Shown here: piece by piece, positions 10,598-24,061 of the stretch | How the letters are laid out: every line of letters begins with the position of its first letter | Numbering within the stretch: the stretch's first letter is position 1 | NCBI GenBank assembly: GCA_034520945.1 | Contig: JAXHNB010000010.1 | Coordinates: 1-64,000 of the forward strand | DNA from: Trueperaceae bacterium | GTDB taxonomy: Bacteria > Deinococcota > Deinococci > Deinococcales > Trueperaceae | Direction: 5' to 3' | DNA: 64,000 bases | Notes under the pieces: generated by a model | What the model saw: only the letters and a program-made list of their open reading frames with translations | The model's database searches: none | What the model was told of the DNA's origin: nothing | Made by a program: the position numbers and the translations under genes

Positions 10598-11949
10598 TGC
10601 GCCCCCGAGGCGGCGCTGCGCACGGCGGCCGCCAGCACCTCCGGCAGGTCCGGATCGCGAAGGTCGTCCAGGGCGAACTCCAGCAGCACGCCCCGCCCCG
10701 CCGCTCCCTCCAGCAGCGCCAGCGGTGCGGCCTCCACCTCGCCGGCGCGGTAGCCGCCGACCTGGAACAACGCCGTGGCGATGGCGCGGCCGTAGCGGCG
10801 GCCCAATTCCAGGTCGGGCACCAGGCCCAGCAGGATGCGGCGGCGCAGTTCGTCCTCCACGCCCGCATTCAGCGCTTCGCGCGCGTTGCGGCGGATCGCA
10901 GCGCGCATCACCGCCTCTTCGGCGGCCTCGCCCAGCACCCACACGCGCACCTCGCCGCTGGGGAGGTCGGCGGCGTGCAGCGACAGGAACAGGTCGGCGT
11001 CGGCCGCGGCCGAGAGGCGTTGGGCGTGCGGCACGTCCCCGGCCGCCTGCCGGGTGAGACGGACCGAGACGCCCTCGCGCTCCAGGCGTTCGGCCACCGC
11101 GCGCGCCAACGACAGGGTCGCTTCGCCCTCGCCCGGCAGGCCGCTGCCCGCCCCGTGCCCGGGGTCGAGCACCACGCTCAGATCGGTCTCGCCTCGTGGT
11201 TCGTCCGGCGTGTCGCTGGCGGGTTGGACCCGGATGCGCACCTCGCTGCCGCGGCCGGCCGCCAAGGTCGTCACCTCGAGGGTCGCACCGGGCGCGTCGA
11301 TGCGGACGCGGACCCCTTGACCCGCCGGGATCAGGTCGGCGCGGCGGATCCAGGTGCCGGCCAGGCTCTCGGCCTGCGTCAGGCGTGCTCGGCGCAACGT
11401 GATCTCGGTGACGCCGACCGCCGCGTCGTCGAAGCGTTGCCAGGCGACCGGCCCGTCCAGGGAGATTCGGAGCAGGTCGAAGCCGTCGCGGCGTTCCAGC
11501 GTGGCGTCGTTCACGCTCGGGCGGGGCGTGACGATGACCACGGCGTCGCGCTCCGCCAGGTAGGAGATGCTGGCACCGAACGCCCGCACCACCGGCGCGA
11601 CCGGCACCCACACCGCGTCGTCGCCGCGGATGGCGGCCAGGTCACCGACGGGGCTGCCGTCCAGCCGGACGGCGCCCGTGACGCCGGCCTCGTCGCCGAA
11701 GGGTACGACGCCCAGTTGGAGGACGTGCCCGCTGAACAGCAGCGCGACGGTGTCCGACCCGACGGGGGCGGCCAATCGCGCGCCGAGTTCCTCCGCCAGC
11801 CGGTCGGCCGGCGCGTAGCTGTTGCCGGGCACGAGATCGGTCCGCACCTCGCCGGCGGGGCGACCGTCGATGAGCAACGAGGACTGAGCGAACGCCGCGC
11901 CCCACGCAAGGAGACCCGACAGAATGGCGAGGCGCAGCACGGTTCTCAT
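10594..11949 (-). CDS. N-acetylmuramoyl-L-alanine amidase (Amidase_3) with N-terminal accessory domains
   Basis: Signal peptide; VVLDPGHG, RLTR, FLSLHA, VLLE motifs. Confidence 0.85.
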   Translation of the reverse strand: MRTVLRLAILSGLLAWGAAFAQSSLLIDGRPAGEVRTDLVPGNSYAPADRLAEELGARLAAPVGSDTVALLFSGHVLQLGVVPFGDEAGVTGAVRLDGSPVGDLAAIRGDDAVWVPVAPVVRAFGASISYLAERDAVVIVTPRPSVNDATLERRDGFDLLRISLDGPVAWQRFDDAAVGVTEITLRRARLTQAESLAGTWIRRADLIPAGQGVRVRIDAPGATLEVTTLAAGRGSEVRIRVQPASDTPDEPRGETDLSVVLDPGHGAGSGLPGEGEATLSLARAVAERLEREGVSVRLTRQAAGDVPHAQRLSAAADADLFLSLHAADLPSGEVRVWVLGEAAEEAVMRAAIRRNAREALNAGVEDELRRRILLGLVPDLELGRRYGRAIATALFQVGGYRAGEVEAAPLALLEGAAGRGVLLEFALDDLRDPDLPEVLAAAVRSAASGAQ

Positions 11950-11953
11950 CCGC

Positions 11954-12385
11954 TCAGTTCCCGACGTAGCGGTCGATCTGCTTCCGAACTTCCTTCTCGC
12001 GTTCCGCGCGACGCTTGTCGTGCTTCTTGCGCCCGCGGGCCACGTGGATCTTCACCTTCGCCCACCCGTCCTTGAAGTACAGCTTGGTGGGGACGCAGGT
12101 CAGGCCGCCTCGCTGCTGGGCACGCGCGATTTCGGCGATCTCGCGCTTCTTCAACAGCAGCTTGCGGGGCCGCTTCTGCTCGTGGTTGTTGTAGCTCGCC
12201 TGCTCGTAGAGGGGGATGGTCATGTTCTCTAGCCATGCCTCGCCGCCCGCGACCCGCACGTACGCTTCGGCGATGCTGCCACCGCCCTGACGCAACGACT
12301 TGACTTCGCTGCCGGTGAGGCGCAGGCCGGCTTCGTAGCCGTCCAGCAGGTCGTAGTCGAAGCGAGCGCGTCGGTTGGTGAGCAT
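11954..12385 (-). CDS. smpB: SsrA-binding protein
   Basis: NRRARFDY, EAGLRLTGSEVKSLR, RPRKLLL, RGRKKHDKR; RBS GAGGGAGG. Confidence 0.97.
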   Translation of the reverse strand: MLTNRRARFDYDLLDGYEAGLRLTGSEVKSLRQGGGSIAEAYVRVAGGEAWLENMTIPLYEQASYNNHEQKRPRKLLLKKREIAEIARAQQRGGLTCVPTKLYFKDGWAKVKIHVARGRKKHDKRRAEREKEVRKQIDRYVGN

Positions 12386-12523
12386 CGGTCCTCCCTCGCG
12401 TGCCGCGACGGCACGGGTACGGCATCCAACCACGCCCCGTGCCGCGCGCGTGTCGTAGTCGCCACGCATCTCCGCCTTTGTCCAGCGCGGGGGGCGGATG
12501 CGTCCAGGCGACGGCGGGCGTCG

Positions 12524-14776
12524 TCACTCCAGGACCTCCCCGATGTCGCGAGGGTCGACCTCGACGCGGACGCGGGCGCCCTTCAGACCTTGGTCGAAGC
12601 CGCTGGCCAACAGCGTTCGGCGGCGCGCGTCCGAATCGGTCCGGAGCAGGAGTTGGACCCAGCTGCGACCCCGCATGCGGGCGACGGGCGCGGCCGCCGG
12701 CCCCAACAGCTCCTCGGGCGTCGCCCCCTCCAGCGCCAGTCGATCCCGCGCCGTCCGCGCTGCCGCCCATGCGGCCTCCTGCCGGCGGGCCGAGAACTGG
12801 ACCCGCGCCAGGAAGCCGTGGGGCGGGTACCCGAAGCGGCGTCGGCGCGCGTCCATGGCGTCGGTCTGCGCCTCGATGGCGGCCGCCTCGCCCGCCTCCA
12901 GCGCCGCCAGCACCGGGTGCTCGGGGGCGAAGGTCTGGATCAGCCCCAACGGCGCGCGGCGGCCGGCCACCTCCCCCAGCGTCAGCAGGGTGCGGAGCGC
13001 CCGCTCGTCGGCTCGGAAGTCGTCCGCGTGCAGGGTGCCGTCGATCTGCGTCACGCCGATCAACGACAGCACCGGCAGCGGCGCCAGTCGCAGGAGCGCG
13101 GTGGTGCCGACCACCACGCCCGGCGCGCCGCCCTGCAGGGGCGCCAGGTCGTCCCGCACGTCCGCGTCCCAGCGGTAGGCGCTCAGCGCCGGGAGCGCCT
13201 CCCGCACCGCGCGCAGCACCCACTCGGCGCCCGCGGCGCGCTGGGCGTCCAGGTCGACGCCGCCGCACGACGGGCAGCGCGCCGGGGCGCCCTGGTCGTG
13301 GCCGCACTGGTGGCAGCGCAGGCGGCCGTCGTGGGCGTGCCAGCGGAGCGCCAGGTCGCAGTTCGGGCACATCACCACCGCGCCGCAGTCCCGGCAGCCC
13401 AACGCCGCCGAATAGCCGCGCCGCGGCACCAGCAGCACCGCCTGTCGCTCGCGCGCCTGCACCTGCCGCAACACGCGGATCAGGTCGTCGGACAGGGGCC
13501 AGGCGTGGGTTCGTGCCAGGTCGGTGGTGCGCCACCGGACCGGCGGCGGGGCCAGGGTGATGCGGCGGCCCTGCCCGCCGCCCAGGGCGGACGCCTCGGG
13601 CCCGAGCAGGGGGTCCAGGCAGGCCATGGCGACGCCGTGGGCGTCGGCCCAGGAGACCGCCGCCTCCGGCACCCAGGTGCGGGCGTGGCCGCGGAGCTTG
13701 TAGGCGTCGTTTCCGGCTTCGAGCAGGCTCAGCCGGCCAGGCCGCGCGAGCGGCACGCCCAGCGTCGGCCAGGTGCCCAGCCACACGCGGGGCGCGCCGT
13801 CCCGCGCCATCTCGTCGGTGGCGAGGCGGACGCGGTCGTCGTCGCTGGCGCGGGGCAGGACGGTGTCCACCTCGTTGGCCAGCCAGCCGGCCGCCTCTTC
13901 GGCGACCCGCCGTTCCGGCGCCAGCAGCACCGGACTGCGGCCGGCCGCCAGCTCGGCGCGCAGGGCGGGCAGCAGCGCCCGGAGCCTGGCGGCGCGCGTG
14001 CCCCCGCCGATCCGGATCCACGCCTCCTCGCTGGGTGCGTCGGGTCCGTCCGGCCCCTCCGGCCAGGGGACCGGCGGCGGTGGGGCCGCGGGCGCGGCCG
14101 GCGGGTCGGGCCGATCCTCGTACGTCGCGACGCCCTGGGCGACCAGCCCGCGGACGGAGGCGTCGGGCACCCCCGCGGCGCGGGCGAGCGCGGCGGCGCT
14201 CTCCGCCTCGCCGTCCGCCCGAAGCTGCGCCAGCGCCGCCCGCTGGCGTGCGCGGGAGGCGCCGTCCAGCTCGCCTTCCTGCGGGGTGCGGCCGGGCCGG
14301 AGCACCGTGCGGGTCGGGGTGGCGACCTCGACCCGCTCGTCCAACAGGCCCTGGTCCCTTAGCAGGTCCCGCCGCTCCGGGTCCAGCGTGGCGGCGTCCT
14401 GCCAGGATCCCGCCTCCGGGGCGTCCTGGTCCAGCGTCCGCACGCGGTGCCGGAGCGGCAGGCGCAGGCCGGGCAGGGCCAGGCTGGCCAGCACCACCCC
14501 CGGCGGGGCCGCGCTGCGACCGGCCTCCTCCAGGAGCCACGCCACGGTGGCGGGCGGCAGGTGGGGCGCCGCGTCTAGCCAGTCGAGCGCCTCCTTCAGC
14601 TCCATCGCCCGGGCGGCGGCGACCTCCTCCAGGCCGGTCACGATGCCGGCCCGGACGGCCCCCTGCCACGGCACCACCATGCGCGCGCCGACCGCCCCGC
14701 GGGGACGGCCGTACGGCAGCAGCCACCGAAGCGGCGCCAGCGGCAAGGGAAGCAACACGTCCGCGGCCCACGGCAC
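12524..14776 (-). CDS. priA: Primosomal protein N' (PriA), helicase motifs degenerate
   Basis: N-terminal 3'-binding-like domain (GARMVVPW); RRGYS followed by four CxxC; DFRADER, IQTF, RRRFGYPP, VDP. Confidence 0.9.
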   Translation of the reverse strand: MPWAADVLLPLPLAPLRWLLPYGRPRGAVGARMVVPWQGAVRAGIVTGLEEVAAARAMELKEALDWLDAAPHLPPATVAWLLEEAGRSAAPPGVVLASLALPGLRLPLRHRVRTLDQDAPEAGSWQDAATLDPERRDLLRDQGLLDERVEVATPTRTVLRPGRTPQEGELDGASRARQRAALAQLRADGEAESAAALARAAGVPDASVRGLVAQGVATYEDRPDPPAAPAAPPPPVPWPEGPDGPDAPSEEAWIRIGGGTRAARLRALLPALRAELAAGRSPVLLAPERRVAEEAAGWLANEVDTVLPRASDDDRVRLATDEMARDGAPRVWLGTWPTLGVPLARPGRLSLLEAGNDAYKLRGHARTWVPEAAVSWADAHGVAMACLDPLLGPEASALGGGQGRRITLAPPPVRWRTTDLARTHAWPLSDDLIRVLRQVQARERQAVLLVPRRGYSAALGCRDCGAVVMCPNCDLALRWHAHDGRLRCHQCGHDQGAPARCPSCGGVDLDAQRAAGAEWVLRAVREALPALSAYRWDADVRDDLAPLQGGAPGVVVGTTALLRLAPLPVLSLIGVTQIDGTLHADDFRADERALRTLLTLGEVAGRRAPLGLIQTFAPEHPVLAALEAGEAAAIEAQTDAMDARRRRFGYPPHGFLARVQFSARRQEAAWAAARTARDRLALEGATPEELLGPAAAPVARMRGRSWVQLLLRTDSDARRRTLLASGFDQGLKGARVRVEVDPRDIGEVLE

Positions 14777-14898
14777 GGACGGGAGTCTACCGCAGCCTGC
14801 CGAGCCGGCCCCGTGGCGCCATGGAAGGCGGCCGCACGCCCGTGGGCACGCGGCCGCTGCGTCGGGGCCGGGAGCGGGTCGGATCAGCCGGCCTCGGC

Positions 14899-15864
14899 TC
14901 AGGGGCTCTGCGCGGGCGCGTTGCCGGCCGCGCCGCTGCCGGTCAGGCTCCGCACGTCCAGCAGAAAGTTGTTGTCGGTCGGCAGCATGATCGTCTGCAG
15001 GCCGGGGGCCAGCCGCTGGGCGACCTCCAGGCGGATGATCTCGGGGTTGTCGCGGATCGCCTCGCCGCGCAGGCGCAGCGCCTCGGCCTCCCCTTCGGCG
15101 CGGGCGATCGCGGCGTCACGCTCCCCCTCCGCCTCGATGACGCGCCGCTGCGCTGAGATCTCGGCCTGGCGGCGTCGGTTCTCCTCCACCGCGACCTGCT
15201 GCTCGGCCGCCTGCTTCTCCTCGATGGCGGTGGTGATCGATTCGGGGATGCTCACGTCGCGCAGCAGCACCGAGAGGATCGTCACGTTGTCCTTGCTGAG
15301 CGCATTGCGCAGGCTTTCCTCGACCGAGAGCTGCAGGTCGGTCCGTTGCGAGCTGATCAGGTCGGCGGCGTCGTACTGCCCGATCCCGTCGCGGATCTGC
15401 GTCCGCACCTCGGGTCGCACGCGCACCTTCTGGTAGCTGGGGCCGATGTCCTGGTGCAGGCGGGCGACGTTGGTCGGTTCCGGCTGGAACAGCACGGTGA
15501 CGTCGACGGTGATCTCGAGCCCCTCCCGGGAGCGGGCGGTGACCGTGTCGTTGGTTTCCGTCGCCAGCGTCAGCTCGTGCTGGCGGATGTCGTACTGGGT
15601 GACCTGTTGCAGGCCCGGGACCACGATGTGGAACCCTTCGCCCAGTTCGTCGTCCTGCACGCCGCCGAACACGTTGAACACCACCCCGACGTGGCCCGCG
15701 GGCACGATCACGAAGGCTTGCGTGAGGGCGCCAACGGCCAGGCCGATGGCGATCATGAAGATGCCGAGGCTGCGGAGGGGGGCGCGGTCGGTCTGGGCGG
15801 CCTGAACGATCAGGAAAACGCCGCCGACGGCCACCACCAGTGCGATGAGAAGAATTAGGTTCAT
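14899..15864 (-). CDS. SPFH/prohibitin (band 7) family protein
   Basis: Two N-terminal TMs; VPAGHVGVVFN, AIEEKQAAEQ, AEGEAEA coiled coil; TATGCT 7 nt before ATG 15864. Confidence 0.92.
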   Translation of the reverse strand: MNLILLIALVVAVGGVFLIVQAAQTDRAPLRSLGIFMIAIGLAVGALTQAFVIVPAGHVGVVFNVFGGVQDDELGEGFHIVVPGLQQVTQYDIRQHELTLATETNDTVTARSREGLEITVDVTVLFQPEPTNVARLHQDIGPSYQKVRVRPEVRTQIRDGIGQYDAADLISSQRTDLQLSVEESLRNALSKDNVTILSVLLRDVSIPESITTAIEEKQAAEQQVAVEENRRRQAEISAQRRVIEAEGERDAAIARAEGEAEALRLRGEAIRDNPEIIRLEVAQRLAPGLQTIMLPTDNNFLLDVRSLTGSGAAGNAPAQSP

Positions 15865-15972
15865 GCCCCCGAGCATACGCACAGTCGGAGGGGGGCGTGT
15901 TCGACCGGTGGACGTCCAAGGTGCGGGGAGGTCAGGGAAGGGCCGGAACGCCCGTGGCGCGCAGCCGTCACC

Positions 15973-17527
15973 TCAGGTGCCCTCGTCGGTGGCAGGTAGG
16001 CCGCGCGCTGCCTCGTCGCTGTTCGCGCCGGTGCGGGTGTTTCCCGTGTCGCCCTGCGGACGGCCGCGCGTGCCGGTGCGTCGGTGCCCGTCGCCGCGCG
16101 TGTCCGTCGTGCTCTCTCCCTGTGGCAGATGCACCGTGAACACGGTCCCTTCGCCCGAGCGGGAGCGGACCTCGACGTCGCCGCCGTGCTGCTGAACGAT
16201 CCACCGCACGATCGCCAGGCCCAGCCCGGAGCCGTTGCCGCGGGTGGAGCGGGCGCCGCCCACGCGGTAGAAGCGCTCGAACAGGTGCGGGATGGCGTCC
16301 TCGGGAATGCCGGGGCCGTCGTCGAGGATCTCCAGCTGCGCCTCGTCCGCCTGCTGCTCCAGCGACATGCGGACGTTGTGCGCGCCGGCGTTCAGGGCGT
16401 TCTGCACCAGGTTGAGGACGACCTGCTTGAGCCGGCCGGCGTCGCCTTGCACCTCGACCACCGGTTCGGGCGCGTCGACCACGACGTTCGCCTCGCCGGC
16501 CACGGGGGCGACCTCCATGTGCACCGCCTCGAGCACCTCGACCAGGTTCATCGGTTCCTTGGCGATCCGGAAGCCCGCGTCGGCCCGGGCCAACTCCAGC
16601 AGGTCGCTGACCAGCTTGCCCATGCGGTCCGCTTCGCGCCGGATCACGGTGAGGCTGTCGACCTGCTCCGGGCTGGGACGGGTACGCCTGATCAAGTAGT
16701 TGGCGTGCCCGACGATGGCGGTGACGGGGGTCCTGAGCTCGTGGCTGGCGTCGGCCGTGAAGCGGCGTTGCGTCTCGAACGACTCCTGAAGCCGGTCCAG
16801 CATGTGGTTCAGCGTCACGGCCAGCTCGCGCATCTCGTCGTTGCTGGATGGGACGGGCACGCGCTGCGACAGGTCTCGGCCGGTCACGCGGGCGGCGGCC
16901 TGGGTGACCCGCTCCAACGGCCGTAGCACCTGGCGGGACAGCAGGAACACGCCGACCGCGAAGCCGACGAACGCCAGCACCACCGTCAGTCCCAGGTCGT
17001 GCGCCAACTGGTCCAACGTGGCGGCGACGTTGCTGGCTGGAACGCCCACGAACACGGCCGCGGACAGGACGACCTGTTCGGCCGGGAAGCGCAGCCGGCC
17101 GACGTCGCCCAGCACCCGCAGCGACTCGCCGGAGGGCAGCTGCACGCCCACCGTCATGCCGCCGGTGTTCAACATCTCCGTGAGGGCGGCGTCGCTGAGC
17201 AGCGTCACCAGTTCGTCGTCGGTCGGGTTGGGGCGGAACCGGGACGGCTCCACGTACGGCACGCCGTTTCGCACCACCTCGGGGTCGGACGGCACGTTGC
17301 CTTCGCGCCCCAGGATGACCATCTCGTAGTACGCGTCGCCGGGCAGCTTGCGGAGCCCTTCGAGCACCGCGCCGGAGGACAGGTCGGTGAGGGCCTGCCG
17401 GGCGCGCTCCTCCAGCGAGGCGTTGAGGGAGCGTTCGGTCAGGAGGTAGACGGAGACCGCCACGGCCGACAGGACGATGACGAAGAAGGCGGCTGTAGAA
17501 CAGGGTGAGCCTGAGCCTAAGCGTCAT
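15973..17527 (-). CDS. Sensor histidine kinase (HAMP-HisKA-HATPase), frameshifted near 17491
   Basis: ASHELRTP, NLVQNA, DDGPGI, GSGLGL. The N-terminus MTLRLRLTLFYS joins AFFVIVLSAV if one base at 17491-17492 is removed. Confidence 0.9.
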
Positions 17528-17537
17528 GTGAGCGGCC

Positions 17538-18215
17538 TCACTCTTCGCGCAGGACGTACCCGACGCCGCGCACGGTGTGGATGATGCGGCGCTCCCCGTC
17601 GGCCTCCAACTTGCGGCGCAGGTAGCCGACGTACACGTCGACGACGTTGCTGCCGCCGGTGTACTCGGGCCACACCTTCTCCTCGATCTCGAAGCGGTTG
17701 AACACCTTGCCGGGGTTGCGGGCGAACAGCTCCAGCAGTTCGAACTCCTTGGCGGACAACTCGATGCGGCGTCCGTCGCGGAACGCCTCGCGCCCGTCGA
17801 GGTTCATGACCAGGTCGGCCACGCGCACCTCGCCGGTGACGGAGGGGTTGACACGCCTCAGGTGCGCGCGGACGCGCGCCAGCAGCTCCTCGATCGAGAA
17901 CGGCTTGACCAGGTAGTCGTCCGCGCCGGAATCCAGGCCGACGACCTTGTCGTCGACCGAGTCCTTGGCGGTGAGGATGATGATGGGGGTGTTGCTGGTC
18001 TTGCGAATGCGCCGGGCGACCTCGAGCCCGTCCAACACGGGAAGCATGAGGTCCAGCACGACCAGGTCCGGGTTCAGCTCGCGGAACTTGCTGAGGCCGG
18101 TGACGCCGTCGAACGTCACCACCGTGTCGTACTCCTCGGCCTGGAGTTCGAGATCGATGAACTTCGCGATTTCTTTCTCGTCCTCGACGATGAGGACCTG
18201 CGGCCTGCGCTCCAT
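17538..18215 (-). CDS. OmpR/PhoB-family response regulator
   Basis: [44 protein letters not shown]. Confidence 0.95.
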   Translation of the reverse strand: MERRPQVLIVEDEKEIAKFIDLELQAEEYDTVVTFDGVTGLSKFRELNPDLVVLDLMLPVLDGLEVARRIRKTSNTPIIILTAKDSVDDKVVGLDSGADDYLVKPFSIEELLARVRAHLRRVNPSVTGEVRVADLVMNLDGREAFRDGRRIELSAKEFELLELFARNPGKVFNRFEIEEKVWPEYTGGSNVVDVYVGYLRRKLEADGERRIIHTVRGVGYVLREE

Positions 18216-18297
18216 GGCCCGAATGGTGGCATACGGATTCATGAGAGCCCTGTGGACCGGCGCAGGCCGGCGGCGCGGTGCGCGGCGGCCGCCCGCC

Positions 18298-18783
18298 TCA
18301 GGCGAGCGGGATGGTCTCCTGCACCACGATCTTTTGGGCCAGCACGTCCCGTGCCCAGGTGTGCGCCCCGTGCAGCGAGTGGTCGCGCCAGTTGCCGCAG
18401 CGTTCCGGGGCGCAGCCGGGGATCTCGCCCTCGTGCGTCGCCACCCCGCGAAGCGCCTCTTCGAACGCGTCGCGCACGCGCTCTGCGTCCGGCTCGCCCA
18501 GCATCACCAGGTAGAAGCCGGTCCGGCAGCCCATGGGGCTGGCGTCCACCACCTCGGTGTCGCCTCCGTCCAGCGCGCCGCGAAGGTAGCCCGCCAACAG
18601 GTGCTCGATGGTGTGCAGCGCCGCGGTAGGGATTTCGCCCCCGTTGGGTTGCACCAGGCGAAGGTCCCACTTGCTGAGCCGGTCGCCGCGCGGCCCCGCA
18701 TTGCGGCCGGCCAGCCGAACGTAGGGGGCACGGACCTTGGTGTGGTCCAGGTCGAACGATTCCACGTGCGCAGCCTTGGTCAT
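18298..18783 (-). CDS. luxS: S-ribosylhomocysteine lyase
   Basis: [30 protein letters not shown]. Confidence 0.97.
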   Translation of the reverse strand: MTKAAHVESFDLDHTKVRAPYVRLAGRNAGPRGDRLSKWDLRLVQPNGGEIPTAALHTIEHLLAGYLRGALDGGDTEVVDASPMGCRTGFYLVMLGEPDAERVRDAFEEALRGVATHEGEIPGCAPERCGNWRDHSLHGAHTWARDVLAQKIVVQETIPLA

Positions 18784-18955
18784 GACCGGAGGATAGCAGC
18801 CGCTCGCGTGGCCGCGCGTCGGCCTCTACGCCGGCGGGCGGTCGCTTCGTGCCGCCGCACGTTCCCCCGGACGTGGCACCGGGCAGCGGGTATGCTGGGC
18901 GCCGCCGAGCGTTCCCCGCCGTGGGCGGAACGAAGTCCTATATCTTGCTTGCGAG

Positions 18956-19486
18956 GTGCACCACGTGCAAAGGCGCGTAGCGATCTTCATCGACGGCAGC
19001 AACCTGTACAACGGGATGCGCGAGAACCTCCAGAACACGCGCGTGAATCTGGGCGAGCTCATCCAGCAGCTACGCGGGGACCGCTACCTGGTGCGGTGCT
19101 ACTACTACAACGCGCCGCTGACGGACGATTACGGGGAGGACCTGCGGGATGGTCAGACCCGCTTCTTCGAGAGCCTGCGCCGCATCCCGTACGTCACGGT
19201 GCGGCTGGGCAGGCTCCACCGGCGCCACGACGGCTCGCTGGTCGAGAAGGGCATCGACGTCTCGATCGCCGTGGAGGCGTTGGGGCTGGCCTACGAGGAC
19301 GCCTACGACGAGACGGTGATCGTCTCCGGCGACGGCGACTACGTCGAGTTGGTCGAGGCGATCAAGCGGCGCGGCAAGCAGGTCGAGATCGCCATGTTCC
19401 GCAACCAGTCGGCCGGCATCCTGATGGAGTACGCCGACGTGTTCCGGCCCATGGACGAGCTCGGTTGGGACACCATCCTGTTCTGA
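18956..19486 (+). CDS. NYN domain (LabA/DUF88, PIN-like) protein
   Basis: IFIDGSN, EKGIDV, IVSGDGDY, GKQVE. Confidence 0.9.
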   Translation: MHHVQRRVAIFIDGSNLYNGMRENLQNTRVNLGELIQQLRGDRYLVRCYYYNAPLTDDYGEDLRDGQTRFFESLRRIPYVTVRLGRLHRRHDGSLVEKGIDVSIAVEALGLAYEDAYDETVIVSGDGDYVELVEAIKRRGKQVEIAMFRNQSAGILMEYADVFRPMDELGWDTILF

Positions 19487-19534
19487 CGCGGCCCAGCGCC
19501 GAGACGTCCGTCCCAAGCGGGCCCGGCCCGCCGC

Positions 19535-21564
<2,030 letters not shown>

Positions 21565-21703
21565 CGCGGCCGAGTATAGCCGGGGACGCGCCTCGCTGGG
21601 GGTTCGCACCGGGGGACGAGGGATGCCTCACCGCGGCTGTCCCCCTGGTATACTCACAACCGCACGCAACCCAACTTCTCTCGTTCGATGGAGGCACATC
21701 CAC

Positions 21704-22806
<1,103 letters not shown>

Positions 22807-22847
22807 GCATTCGCTGTTGCGGCCCGGACATGGGCCGTGCAGGACGG

Positions 22848-22877
22848 AAGGGCCCCGCGTCGTCGCGGGGCCCTTTT
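22848..22877 (+). terminator. Rho-independent terminator
   Basis: AAGGGCCCCGCG-tcgt-CGCGGGGCCCTT-TT. Confidence 0.8.
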
Positions 22878-22907
22878 CGCGTGGGTGCGCGTGCTAGCAT
22901 TCATGTT

Positions 22908-23274
<367 letters not shown>

Positions 23275-23275
23275 C

Positions 23276-23305
23276 AGCGGGCGGGGGTTCCCCCGCCCGC
23301 TTCTC
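23276..23305 (+). terminator. Terminator-like hairpin after rnpB
   Basis: AGCGGGCGGGGG-tt-CCCCCGCCCGCT-TCTC. Confidence 0.6.
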
Positions 23306-23323
23306 ATGGGACCCGTCCACGTA

Positions 23324-23348
23324 CCCACCCCCTCCCACCCTCTCCCAC
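23324..23348 (-). promoter_or_regulatory. Second, inverted triplet of MraZ-box-like GTGGG repeats
   Basis: CCCAC at 23324, 23334 and 23344 (10-nt period). Confidence 0.55.
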
Positions 23349-23479
23349 CCCGGGACGCGGGCCGCCGTTCGGGCGGCCGTGCCGCGCCCGTGGCGGCGCA
23401 GCGGCGCACGGTGCGCCGCCGGCCCGCCGGGCGCCGAGGTGGGAGATTTCACTCGAAACGGGCGCGAACGCGATTCGAC

Positions 23480-23520
23480 GTGGGAAATCGTGGGGATAGG
23501 TGGGAAATCCGTGCTAAACT
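23480..23520 (+). promoter_or_regulatory. dcw promoter with MraZ-binding boxes
   Basis: GTGGG at 23480, 23490 and 23500 (10-nt period), plus one at 23439; extended -10 TGcTAAACT at 23512-23520. Confidence 0.8.
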
Positions 23521-23623
23521 GCGGCATCGCGGGGGAAGACCGTCCGCCACGACCCCTCGGCGCGCCCGCCGCGCCCGGTCACGTCGGCAATCGCCCTCCG
23601 CGCGGTGGGACGAAGGGGGAACG

Positions 23624-24061
23624 ATGCCGTTCGGCGAATACCAATACGCGGTGGACGACAAGGGACGCGTAATCGTGCCCCCCGCCTTCCGCGAATTCGT
23701 CGAGGACGGCATGGTCGTCACCCGCGGCATGGAGGGATGCCTGTACGTGTTCCCGCTCCCCGCCTGGCGCCGCATCGAGGCACGCCTGACCGAGTTGCCC
23801 CTCACCGATCCGGAGGCGCGCAAGTTCGTGCGCTTCTTCTACTCGGGCGCGGCCAAGGCCAAGCTCGACGGGGCCGGCCGCATCACGCTGCCCGCCACCC
23901 TGCGCACCTTCGCCGACGTCGACGCCGCCCAAGGCGCCGTGGTGATCGCAGGCGCCCCCAACCGGTTGGAAGTATGGAACGAGACGCGCTGGCAGGCGAA
24001 CCTCGCGAAGGTTCAAGAGGAGCCGCCCGCCCCCGAGCTGCTGTCGGAGTTGATCGGATGA
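23624..24061 (+). CDS. mraZ: Transcriptional regulator MraZ
   Basis: GEYQYAVDDKGRVIVP, LDGAGRITLP, LEVW. Confidence 0.96.
   Translation: MPFGEYQYAVDDKGRVIVPPAFREFVEDGMVVTRGMEGCLYVFPLPAWRRIEARLTELPLTDPEARKFVRFFYSGAAKAKLDGAGRITLPATLRTFADVDAAQGAVVIAGAPNRLEVWNETRWQANLAKVQEEPPAPELLSELIG

Noticed and set aside
12386..12523. tmRNA next to smpB
   Set aside because: Gap is only about 140 nt and lacks GGGG...TTCGA...CCA tRNA-like ends.
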